From IMG/VR virus record IMGVR_UViG_3300043409_001074: DNA of 64,000 bases; one strand, 5' to 3'. Positions 38,038 through 45,884 of this stretch are shown here, piece after piece. The stretch is from an uncultured virus (IMG/VR IMGVR_UViG_3300043409_001074). Taxonomy: Duplodnaviria > Heunggongvirae > Uroviricota > Caudoviricetes. The notes under the pieces were generated by a model. It worked only from the letters and a program-made list of their open reading frames with translations, had not been told where the DNA came from and ran no database searches. Positions within the stretch are counted from its first letter, which is position 1, and each line of letters opens with the position of its first letter. The position numbers and the translations under genes were made by a program.

Positions 38038-38703
38038 ATGAGTTTTATTACAACAAATGATGATGCAATGGGAAATTCTAATTTTGAGAGAAAGGAATTA
38101 GATTATTATCCAACACCATCTTGGGTTACGGCCGCACTTATTGATAGTCTATTTGAAAACCGTCATGTGAGCGAGCATTATAACGTATGGGAACCTGCGG
38201 CGGGCGAAGGACATATGGTTAATATATTAACTAATCATTTTCTTAAATTACGATATTCAGATATTAAGGATTACGGTTATCGGAATGATAGTATGCACCT
38301 TAAATCATTTGTTATTGGTGATTTTTTAGCTGATACTGGCGATGCAGGATATTCAGATATTCTTGGAGAAAATTTTCATGCAATTATTACTAATCCACCA
38401 TATGGTGATGATGCCGAGAAATTTATTAGAAAAGCATTACAACTTTCTGGAAGAACTATTGGTGTATGTGCATTCCTATTACGTAATGAATATGATTGTT
38501 CCAAGGGTCGAGTAGATTTGTTTAACCAATATCCATTTGCTCGTAAAATAGTTTTGACCAGCCGACCAAAATGGATTGAGGGATCAACTGGGGCACCAAG
38601 ACACAATTATTCCTGGTATATTTGGGATTATAAATATATAAACAAGTTACCAGTTATTGAATATTATGTTCGTCCATCCACTAAGAAAGATGACAAAGCC
38701 TGA
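38038..38703 (+). CDS. N6-adenine/N4-cytosine DNA methyltransferase
   Basis: DYYPTP, WEPAAGEG, ITNPPY. Confidence 0.9.
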   Translation: MSFITTNDDAMGNSNFERKELDYYPTPSWVTAALIDSLFENRHVSEHYNVWEPAAGEGHMVNILTNHFLKLRYSDIKDYGYRNDSMHLKSFVIGDFLADTGDAGYSDILGENFHAIITNPPYGDDAEKFIRKALQLSGRTIGVCAFLLRNEYDCSKGRVDLFNQYPFARKIVLTSRPKWIEGSTGAPRHNYSWYIWDYKYINKLPVIEYYVRPSTKKDDKA

Positions 38704-38712
38704 AATTAAGTG

Positions 38713-38741
38713 TTGACATGGATGCCTGATCTGAGTATAAT
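38713..38741 (+). promoter_or_regulatory. consensus sigma70 promoter for the tRNA cluster
   Basis: TTGACA-N17-TATAAT. Confidence 0.85.
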
Positions 38742-38757
38742 GCGTCCATAGAATAAA

Positions 38758-38840
38758 CCAGACGTAACCGAGGTAGACTTCTAATCTATTAAACGTAAAT
38801 GGAGTTGAAAATGGGGGTTCGAGTCCCTCCGTCTGGACCA
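38758..38840 (+). tRNA. tRNA-Arg(TCT)-like RNA lacking a D arm
   Basis: CCAGACG/CGTCTGG acceptor, GTAGA-CTTCTAA-TCTAT anticodon arm, canonical T arm, ACCA. Confidence 0.65.
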
Positions 38841-38877
38841 ATACACATTACTTTCAATTTTATAAAGGAAATATATT

Positions 38878-38958
38878 ATGGACAAATTGGAACAACATAT
38901 CGTAATTATTCGTGATCATAGTATGTCTATGCGTTCACTCGCACCGGCCAAGCTATAG
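38878..38958 (+). pseudogene. truncated vWA-domain gene fragment
   Basis: AAGGA RBS; MDKLEQHIVIIRDHSMSM (DxSxS MIDAS-like) then a stop. Confidence 0.4.
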
Positions 38959-38994
38959 ATGGAATAAATTTAAGACAATATAGGAATCAATGCT

Positions 38995-39186
38995 ATGACA
39001 ATTTTTAGATTTCTTGTAGTGAATAGGAATAACAATTTATTAAAGAAATTTACGAATTCTGAAGCCGTAAGAATATTTCTTGGAAATAAGAATGTGGATG
39101 ACTATATCATCATTAAGAATAATTCAGATGGAGTAAGGGTTGTGAATTTTAATGAATTAGACAAACCACTAGTAACAGGGCAGTAG
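38995..39186 (+). CDS. hypothetical protein
   Basis: AGGA RBS, 63 aa. Confidence 0.55.
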   Translation: MTIFRFLVVNRNNNLLKKFTNSEAVRIFLGNKNVDDYIIIKNNSDGVRVVNFNELDKPLVTGQ

Positions 39187-39254
39187 TTTAAATGGTTAAA
39201 ACGTCGGACTGTGATTCCGAAGAGTGTCGGTTCGAGTCCGACCGCACCTGACCA
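39176..39254 (+). tRNA. tRNA-His(GTG), irregular acceptor stem
   Basis: TCGGA-CTGTGAT-TCCGA anticodon arm, canonical D and T arms, ACCA. Confidence 0.8.
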
Positions 39255-39265
39255 ATAAATATTAT

Positions 39266-39349
39266 GAAATAGGTAGTTTAACAAGAAAAATAGCTTCATG
39301 CCGGTTGTTCGTTGCAGATATTGGTTCAAGTCCAATCCTATTTCTAACA
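39266..39349 (+). pseudogene. tRNA-like element without a clear anticodon arm
   Basis: GAAATAGG/CCTATTTC acceptor; ATTGG-TTCAAGT-CCAAT T arm. Confidence 0.5.
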
Positions 39350-39432
39350 ATCAATAAAGGATTTACTATGATAGACCTTTCAGAAAAAATCTATGATAAA
39401 TTAAAAAATATATTGTATGATGAAAACTATAA

Positions 39433-39520
39433 GGGATGGTATACCACTAAAGACGTGGCCTGGACTGTAAATCCAGTGTTCGATTGAACTGATAAGGAGC
39501 GTTACCTTGACATCCCACCA
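39433..39520 (+). tRNA. tRNA-Tyr(GTA) with non-canonical T loop
   Basis: CTGGA-CTGTAAA-TCCAG anticodon arm, variable stem GTTC/GAAC, T loop AGCGTTA, ACCA. Confidence 0.75.
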
Positions 39521-39563
39521 AATTTTTCATTATTGGTTACTATATAAAATACAATAATATTAA

Positions 39564-39709
39564 TCCCAGCTGGCTCAATGGTAGAGCACTTGACTGTAGG
39601 ACCAAGCGCAGAATGCAGTTGGGTAGAATATACCCGACATTGCCGTGCAATACGGATAGGTCCGAGATTAATCAGGTGGTTGCAGGTTCGAGTCCTGCGC
39701 TGGGAGCCA
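39564..39709 (+). tRNA. tRNA-Asn(GTT) interrupted by a 71-nt insert in the anticodon
   Basis: Joining 39564-39596 and 39668-39709 gives a canonical 75-nt tRNA-Asn (U1-A72, G73, CCA). Confidence 0.85.
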
Positions 39710-39766
39710 TTTTTTCCTCTTGACTTCGATAATCAGATAGAGTAGTATCCACAAACAATAGAATAT

Positions 39767-39843
39767 GGGTCTGTAGCTTAATTAGTTAAAGCCGTCACCT
39801 CATAAGTGATTTTATGTCAGTGCAAATCCGACCGGACCTACCA
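39767..39843 (+). tRNA. tRNA-Met/Ile2(CAT)
   Basis: GTCAC-CTCATAA-GTGAT anticodon arm, ACCA; promoter TTGACT-N17-TAGTAT at 39720-39748. Confidence 0.85.
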
Positions 39844-39870
39844 AAATTTATCACATAAAGGAATTACATC

Positions 39871-40479
39871 ATGGCAGTAGTAAATCTTCGCAAGGCTTCC
39901 GTTATTCAACGCAACATTCAGGCGCGTATTAAGGAATTACAATCTTCCTTAGAAATCACTACACGCACTATGCAAATTTGGAATACATATCCAAATTCAT
40001 TCGTGGTAGATAGTCGCACGGCTGCACAAAATAATATTACACAAGTTGTTAAGCTGCGCCGAATTCTGGGTGATATTCGTCATAGTGTTGGTGCCGCAAA
40101 TCATAATTGTGGTATTAATGCCTACCTAACTTCCAGGGAACTAATTAAGCATAACGTTAGCATGTTTAATTCTCTGCGGAAAGCTGATATACAACTATCT
40201 CCCGAGGAATTGGAAAGTAAAATTCAGTATATCAAGAATTCTGATACTGCTGATACTTCCTCATATGGTCGAGGTGCCTATGGGCGAAATTCCTCTGCTT
40301 CTTCCGTGGAATTAAATATTTTCACTAAGGAAGATATCGAAAACATGGAAGATATGTATAATAGTTATAAAGCCGATCTTGTCGTAATTGAGGATGAACT
40401 ACTTCGCATTAATATGAATAGTAATATTACTATTTCCGAAGTAGATTATTCCTTTCTAAAAGAATTACATCTGGTATGA
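39871..40479 (+). CDS. coiled-coil hypothetical protein
   Basis: AAGGA RBS; helical heptad pattern. Confidence 0.8.
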   Translation: MAVVNLRKASVIQRNIQARIKELQSSLEITTRTMQIWNTYPNSFVVDSRTAAQNNITQVVKLRRILGDIRHSVGAANHNCGINAYLTSRELIKHNVSMFNSLRKADIQLSPEELESKIQYIKNSDTADTSSYGRGAYGRNSSASSVELNIFTKEDIENMEDMYNSYKADLVVIEDELLRINMNSNITISEVDYSFLKELHLV

Positions 40480-40496
40480 CCGTATACTGGATGTGA

Positions 40497-40707
40497 TACT
40501 ACTATTATGGTTATGGTAGAGGTATAATTTAAAATAACAAACGACCGGGGCATTTAGCCAAATATATCTTGATCTTTTCTTTAAATTATTCTAATTAATT
40601 AGAATTTGTATTTTGATGAAAAGTTATGATTTCTTGTTGGTTGTATTTTGTTCGTTGTTCTTTGTTCTTTGTTCAAAATTATATTTTATCGTGCCATAAT
40701 AGTAGTA
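40497..40707 (+). ncRNA. candidate ~210-nt structured RNA with heptamer repeats
   Basis: 14-bp perfect inverted repeat extended by G-U-rich pairing; unpaired (TTGTTCN)x4. Confidence 0.65.
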
Positions 40708-40744
40708 GACTACCATTTATTATATTTAATAGAGGAAATATATT

Positions 40745-41704
40745 ATGAAAATTTGGGATAATATCAAGCGTATTGATGATGAAGCCGAACGTGTTGCTAA
40801 GTTTATTTTTACCCGTGATAACGCGGTCGCAGAGGCGGTTTTATACCGTTACCCTACCTACCTAGAGCGAACGGTTATCTGCTGCTCTACGCAGTCTGGA
40901 TGCCCCGTAGGATGCCGGTTTTGTGGCGCCGGGGATTACTTCGTTCGCTCACTGACTACTGAGGAAATCGTTAGTCAGGTAGAGCATCTATTAGAGGAAA
41001 CTAACTGCAACCCGGCATCCATGAAGCGGCTGCAAATTATGTTCATGTCCATGGGTGAACCATTATTGAATTTGAAGAATTTAGTTCCAGCATTACGTAT
41101 TCTGTATAACATGTATCCTAATGCTACATTGTTAATCTCTACATCTGCACCTAGAATTAATGATGAAAACCGTAAACTGCTGATGGATATTTCTGTTGAA
41201 ATTCCTACTATTGGTCTACAATTCTCGGTTCATGAGTCAACAGATGAAGAACGAAATCTATTAATTCCATTTAAAAAGAAATTGACATTGGACGAAATTG
41301 TAGATTTTGGAACGGAATGGTTTACAACTACGTCTCGCAAGCCATTTTTTAACTATTGCGCTCACGATAATAATTCATCCGAGGTTAATGCAGATGAAAT
41401 TTATTTAAAGTTTAACCCATTTGTATTCAATGCAACGGTATCTGTTGTATGCGAACGAAATGATGGTATGGCCGCAAGCAATCAGCATCAACGAGATTTA
41501 GCAGTTGACTTTGCCGCTAAATTGGTAGAACGTGGCTATGACGTTCGGGTATTTGATCCTGCTGGCCAGGATACTATTGGTGGTGGATGTGGGCAGTTAC
41601 ACTATGTTCAACAATGGTTTAAGGATAACCCTAACAATACCCGACCATCTATTGGATATGGAAAAGACGTTGTTCATGCACCGAGGGAAGTAGAATTAAC
41701 TTAA
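40745..41704 (+). CDS. RlmN/Cfr-like radical SAM RNA methyltransferase
   Basis: STQSGCPVGCRFC, MSMGEPLLN, GCGQL. Confidence 0.85.
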   Translation: MKIWDNIKRIDDEAERVAKFIFTRDNAVAEAVLYRYPTYLERTVICCSTQSGCPVGCRFCGAGDYFVRSLTTEEIVSQVEHLLEETNCNPASMKRLQIMFMSMGEPLLNLKNLVPALRILYNMYPNATLLISTSAPRINDENRKLLMDISVEIPTIGLQFSVHESTDEERNLLIPFKKKLTLDEIVDFGTEWFTTTSRKPFFNYCAHDNNSSEVNADEIYLKFNPFVFNATVSVVCERNDGMAASNQHQRDLAVDFAAKLVERGYDVRVFDPAGQDTIGGGCGQLHYVQQWFKDNPNNTRPSIGYGKDVVHAPREVELT

Positions 41705-41727
41705 ATACTATACTATATAACTGATAT

Positions 41728-41808
41728 GCGGATATTTTGGCCGAAGGGTGGTCACTAGGCTTCCAACCTAGCCTTTAATTAGACGGAGTTCGATTCTCCA
41801 TATCCGCT
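41728..41808 (+). tRNA. tRNA-Gly(TCC), atypical (long variable loop, no encoded CCA)
   Basis: GCGGATA/TATCCGC acceptor, CTAGG-CTTCCAA-CCTAG anticodon arm, TTCGATT T loop. Confidence 0.75.
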
Positions 41809-41903
41809 TATTTTCCTATCATAAAATTTGAATAAAGAGTATTGCTATGAGTTCACATATGAGTGTATACTTAATGTATGGCTTTATGGTATGAGAGGAT
41901 AAA

Positions 41904-42383
41904 ATGAATATTTTCTATGTAGATAGCGATCCATGGATTTCGGCTGTATCATTAGGTGATAAGCATATAATAAAAATGATTCTAGAGTCAGCCCAGATGC
42001 TATCAACGACTCATAGAATTGTTGATAATGCCGATAATGACGTGTTATATAAGGCAACACATGTTAACCATCCATCAACAAAATGGATTCGAGAAAGTAA
42101 GTCTAATTATAATTGGTTATATCATCATTTTTGTTATCTGGGAATGGAGTATAATTTTCGTTATGGTAAAATTCATAAATCTATTTCTATGTTATCAGAC
42201 GTTCTAAGGTATGCTCCTAAAAATTTGGCAGATATTGGCCTAACTAAAATACCATGTGCTATGCCCAAGGAATATATTATTTCTGATGATTCAGTATCCA
42301 ATTATAGAAATTATTATATTAAAGGTAAGTCTCACTTACATAAGTGGACAAAACGCACACCCCCAGAATGGATTTCATCATAA
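41904..42383 (+). CDS. pyrimidine-dimer DNA glycosylase-like protein
   Basis: MNIFY...DKHIIKMILESAQMLST...HVNHPS. Confidence 0.8.
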   Translation: MNIFYVDSDPWISAVSLGDKHIIKMILESAQMLSTTHRIVDNADNDVLYKATHVNHPSTKWIRESKSNYNWLYHHFCYLGMEYNFRYGKIHKSISMLSDVLRYAPKNLADIGLTKIPCAMPKEYIISDDSVSNYRNYYIKGKSHLHKWTKRTPPEWISS

Positions 42384-42448
42384 TACATTTCATTAAATTG
42401 AAAGATATAAAATCATAAATAATAACGAAAATATAACGAGGATTTAAC

Positions 42449-42796
42449 ATGGTTCCGGCGGGGGGGAAGCATCTTTTAATTGACTATTGGGATATCCAAG
42501 AAGAATTATTAGATGACGTGAATAAGATACAGGAAATTTTAATTGCTGGTGCCGAATTAGGTGGTGCCACGGTTTTGTTTTCATATATGCATCCCTTTGG
42601 GGAAGATTATGGAGTAAGTGGAGTAATAGTGCTTGCAGAAAGTCATGTTTCGTGGCATTCTTGGAAAGACGAAAATTTCGTGGCGATTGATATTTTCATG
42701 TGTGGAAATTGTGATCCAGAAATTACTGAAAATTATTTTAACAAAATGTTCCAGCCATTACGGAGTGTGAAACATTTAAGAATGAGAGGCGAATAA
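42449..42796 (+). CDS. speD: S-adenosylmethionine decarboxylase
   Basis: GKHL...GVSGVIVLAESH...DIFMCG. Confidence 0.9.
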   Translation: MVPAGGKHLLIDYWDIQEELLDDVNKIQEILIAGAELGGATVLFSYMHPFGEDYGVSGVIVLAESHVSWHSWKDENFVAIDIFMCGNCDPEITENYFNKMFQPLRSVKHLRMRGE

Positions 42797-42797
42797 A

Positions 42798-43187
42798 ATG
42801 GAAAATAAATATTGGGGTTATCATGGAATTTTTGATTGCTATAAAGGTGATATTTCAAAGGTTACATCCCCAGAAAATATCAGAGAATTTATCATTGATT
42901 TAGTGAAAACTATTGATATGGTTGCATATGGCGAACCAATTATTGAGCATTTTGCTCTCCATGATCCAGATAAGGCTGGATGGTCATTAGTTCAATTGAT
43001 TGAAACTTCTTCAATCACTGGACATTTTGTAGATAAGACTGGTGAGTTTTATATTGATGTATTTTCATGCAAACCATATGACATTCAATTAGTTAAAAAT
43101 TCTATTCAGGAATATTTCAATCCCGAAAATATTGACACTACTACATTAGTTAGACAGGCTAATCCTATTAATCAAACTAATTGGTAA
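42798..43187 (+). CDS. second AdoMetDC-family protein
   Basis: WGYH..DC...QLIETSSITGHF...DVFSCK. Confidence 0.8.
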   Translation: MENKYWGYHGIFDCYKGDISKVTSPENIREFIIDLVKTIDMVAYGEPIIEHFALHDPDKAGWSLVQLIETSSITGHFVDKTGEFYIDVFSCKPYDIQLVKNSIQEYFNPENIDTTTLVRQANPINQTNW

Positions 43188-43194
43188 ATATATT

Positions 43195-43392
43195 ATGGAA
43201 AACAGTAGACAAATTATACTTGATAAATTTAATGAAAATGAAAAGGCCATTACAAATAGTATTGAAGAATTATCTACATTACGAGACGAACTTCATAATT
43301 TAAGAATGACTTATAGTAAGTCTAATGACACCCAATATTTCTATAACGATCCAATCATTACTATTGTAGAGCCTATTCTTATTAGTAAGTAA
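43195..43392 (+). CDS. hypothetical protein
   Basis: 65-aa ORF within the operon. Confidence 0.55.
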   Translation: MENSRQIILDKFNENEKAITNSIEELSTLRDELHNLRMTYSKSNDTQYFYNDPIITIVEPILISK

Positions 43393-43465
43393 TTATGAAT
43401 AAGAATACTTAACGTGCTATATAAAAATAGGGCCTTGATATGAACAGGGCTTCATGTTAAACTAT

Positions 43466-43493
43466 CGGCGGGCTTATGTTCCGCCTTTTTTAT
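43466..43493 (+). terminator. intrinsic terminator just upstream of rlpA
   Basis: GGCGGGC-TTAT-GTTCCGCC followed by TTTTTTATT. Confidence 0.65.
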
Positions 43494-43510
43494 TTATAAG
43501 GAGAAGTATT

Positions 43511-43909
43511 TTGAAAAAGTTTGGAGCAATTACTTTGCTCATTATAGGGATGTTAACATTCAATAATGGACAAGTGTATGCTACATCAACTAATTCTGGT
43601 GATAGTAATAAATTAAACATCGTAAAAACATATAATGCCAAGGTATCTTGGTATAAACATGGAACAAAAACCGCCAATGGTGAAAAATTCAATCCTAACA
43701 ATCTGACTGTAGCCCACAAGAATCTACCCTTCGGAACCCTGGTTAGATTTACCCATCCTGACACACAGAAGACCGTCATAGCCCGTGTAAATGATCGGGG
43801 ACCCTACATCAAGGGTAGAGAGTTTGACGTGTCTCTGCGCTGCGCTGTATACCTTGGCATTAAATATGTTGGGGTGACTAAAATGAAGGTTGAAATTCTG
43901 AAATCCTAA
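43511..43909 (+). CDS. rlpA: RlpA-like lytic transglycosylase (DPBB fold)
   Basis: Signal peptide; SWY...TANGE...AHKNLPFGT...RVNDRGPY. Confidence 0.9.
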   Translation: MKKFGAITLLIIGMLTFNNGQVYATSTNSGDSNKLNIVKTYNAKVSWYKHGTKTANGEKFNPNNLTVAHKNLPFGTLVRFTHPDTQKTVIARVNDRGPYIKGREFDVSLRCAVYLGIKYVGVTKMKVEILKS

Positions 43910-43922
43910 TAGGAGATATATT

Positions 43923-44537
43923 ATGAGTGAAGTTTATACAAATGGGTTTAATGTCCATGATCATCTAAAAAATAATACATTAGAAGAATTGCAGGAAATT
44001 TCTATGAAAGACAGATTGAATTTTTCTGTATGTCTATTCAATCTGGACTATGATAATAATATCGGTAACTGCATTCGCACCGCTCATATTATGGGAGCGA
44101 AGAATGTTTATATTTTTGGTAAGCATCGGTTTGATTCTAGGTCTACTGTTGGCTGTAAGAATTACACGAACATTATTCGTCATACGATTCCAATTGATTT
44201 ATCTGAAAATGATTTACGAAAAGAATTTAACCGAATGATGGTTACTAATAATATGGTCCCATTATTCATTGAGAAGAACCAGAATTCTATTTCTATTGAT
44301 GAATTGCCAAACTGGATGGATAATGATAATTTTGACTATTGGTATCATTATTGGGATAGATCACCAAATTTTACTCTAGTATTTGGGAATGAGAATAAAG
44401 GTATCCCTGATAGTATCGGTAATAATTGCAATAGATTTCATATTCCACAATTAGGTGTAATTCGATCATTAAATGTTGCATCTGCTGCGGCTATTGCAAT
44501 GTATGAAATGAATAAATACTGTAGTCAACATCAATAA
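43923..44537 (+). CDS. SpoU/TrmH RNA 2'-O-methyltransferase
   Basis: NIGNCIRTA, VFGNENKG, SLNVASA. Confidence 0.9.
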   Translation: MSEVYTNGFNVHDHLKNNTLEELQEISMKDRLNFSVCLFNLDYDNNIGNCIRTAHIMGAKNVYIFGKHRFDSRSTVGCKNYTNIIRHTIPIDLSENDLRKEFNRMMVTNNMVPLFIEKNQNSISIDELPNWMDNDNFDYWYHYWDRSPNFTLVFGNENKGIPDSIGNNCNRFHIPQLGVIRSLNVASAAAIAMYEMNKYCSQHQ

Positions 44538-44550
44538 TAAGGATTAAATA

Positions 44551-44790
44551 ATGCATATTTTAATTTACACTAAATCTGATTGTCCGTATTGTGTGAAAAC
44601 AAAGCAATTTCTACGAGACAAAAATTTAAATTATAATGAGAAAGTTATTGGTGTAGATATTACATCAGAAAAATTCACTAGAACAATTCAAGCAACAGTT
44701 CCCGCTATTTTTATTGATGATAATTTCATTGGTGGATATGATCAATTAATGATGCTCAATACAGTGGCGCCAGAAATATTAAATGGATAA
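44551..44790 (+). CDS. glutaredoxin
   Basis: CPYC, TVPAIF, IGGY. Confidence 0.92.
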   Translation: MHILIYTKSDCPYCVKTKQFLRDKNLNYNEKVIGVDITSEKFTRTIQATVPAIFIDDNFIGGYDQLMMLNTVAPEILNG

Positions 44791-45028
44791 TAAAATCATT
44801 GACTACTCCTTATTGAAAGGATATGCATTAGCTATCTTTTATAAGAAAGATGGGTCATATCGTAGAGTAGTTTGCACCACTAATCTAAAATTAATCCCAA
44901 AGGATAAATGGCCAAAAACCAATATCCCCTGGGATGATAATGTTAGAATTTTTGATTTAGATGAAAATAAATGGAAGTCTTTTAAGAAAATTAATTTTAT
45001 TGGTTTAGTTGAATTACAGAAACGATAG
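44783..45028 (+). CDS. conserved T4-like small protein
   Basis: KKDGSYR...CTTN...FDLDENKWKSF. Confidence 0.7.
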   Translation: MDNKIIDYSLLKGYALAIFYKKDGSYRRVVCTTNLKLIPKDKWPKTNIPWDDNVRIFDLDENKWKSFKKINFIGLVELQKR

Positions 45029-45032
45029 AATA

Positions 45033-45278
45033 TTACACTTTCTCAAAATGATATCCCCAGAATATTTTCATTAATATTCTTTTCCATCTAGCTATATCAT
45101 ATCTCACAGTATAGAAAAATGTCTCATATTCACCCAAGGGATAAATTTTCCATTTAATGGATTCCTGATCGCGTGTAGTGTATAGTAATATATTTTTTGG
45201 TAAATCTAATTCATAAATATCTTCCATACTCATATCCGTGATTTCATTATTTGCACTATTTTTATTATTACTACTCAT
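45033..45278 (-). CDS. hypothetical protein
   Basis: ORF coupled to the upstream gene; start uncertain. Confidence 0.55.
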   Translation of the reverse strand: MSSNNKNSANNEITDMSMEDIYELDLPKNILLYTTRDQESIKWKIYPLGEYETFFYTVRYDIARWKRILMKIFWGYHFEKV

Positions 45279-45711
45279 TATCATTAACCTTTTTCTTTTC
45301 AATTATATTAGATTTTACTATTCTACAAAAAATCCATTCATTATAATAATCATCTTTTTCTAGGACTTTTCTAGAAAACTGTTCCCTGGCTTCATGATAA
45401 GTGGCCAGGGATTTTTTATGACATAAATGTAGAATTTGTCTACTAAAATTTTCCTTACCATATTCCTTAACGTCTAATAATAAAGATTTGGATGATCCAT
45501 AATATTTCTTCCAATCACTTTCTTTTTTCACCGTCTTCTTTAATTTTCTCGTTCCCTGCTTAACCCGAAGAATATTAACAAAAGTTTTCTTACCAATATA
45601 TTTTTTATTATTAATAGTATTAGTGATGATATAAACAAAACATAGACTATTCTTTATATCATCACTCGTAAAATTTTTATTTTTATACGTCCAGGGATTG
45701 TCATAGTCCAT
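45271..45711 (-). CDS. GIY-YIG endonuclease
   Basis: FVYIITN...YIGKK...ESDWKKYYGSS. Confidence 0.85.
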   Translation of the reverse strand: MDYDNPWTYKNKNFTSDDIKNSLCFVYIITNTINNKKYIGKKTFVNILRVKQGTRKLKKTVKKESDWKKYYGSSKSLLLDVKEYGKENFSRQILHLCHKKSLATYHEAREQFSRKVLEKDDYYNEWIFCRIVKSNIIEKKKVNDNE

Positions 45712-45717
45712 AATTAA

Positions 45718-45873
45718 TTATTCGTCTAAATCTTCGTCATCGTCATCATCATAGAAAGTCTCATCTAAATCTTCCCCACAATATGGGCAATAATTTATTG
45801 AATCTCCATCATTCCCTTCTTCATTAAGCAGAACACTAAATTCAGCATAACAATGATTACATGTAATATTCAT
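45718..45873 (-). CDS. small acidic Zn-ribbon protein (51 aa)
   Basis: MNITCNHC...YCPYCGE...DDDD; AGGAG RBS. Confidence 0.75.
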   Translation of the reverse strand: MNITCNHCYAEFSVLLNEEGNDGDSINYCPYCGEDLDETFYDDDDDEDLDE

Positions 45874-45884
45874 AATTTCTCCTA

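Noticed and set aside
38647..39487. ORFs 38647-38841, 39102-39350 and 39224-39487 (also 4582-4797)
   Set aside because: They overlap tRNA genes; GLEP-type translations are typical tRNA antisense artefacts.
39564..39600. Reading the interrupted tRNA as tRNA-Tyr (CT-GTA)
   Set aside because: U1-A72, G73 and the short variable loop fit Asn, and exon joining restores CT-GTT-AA.
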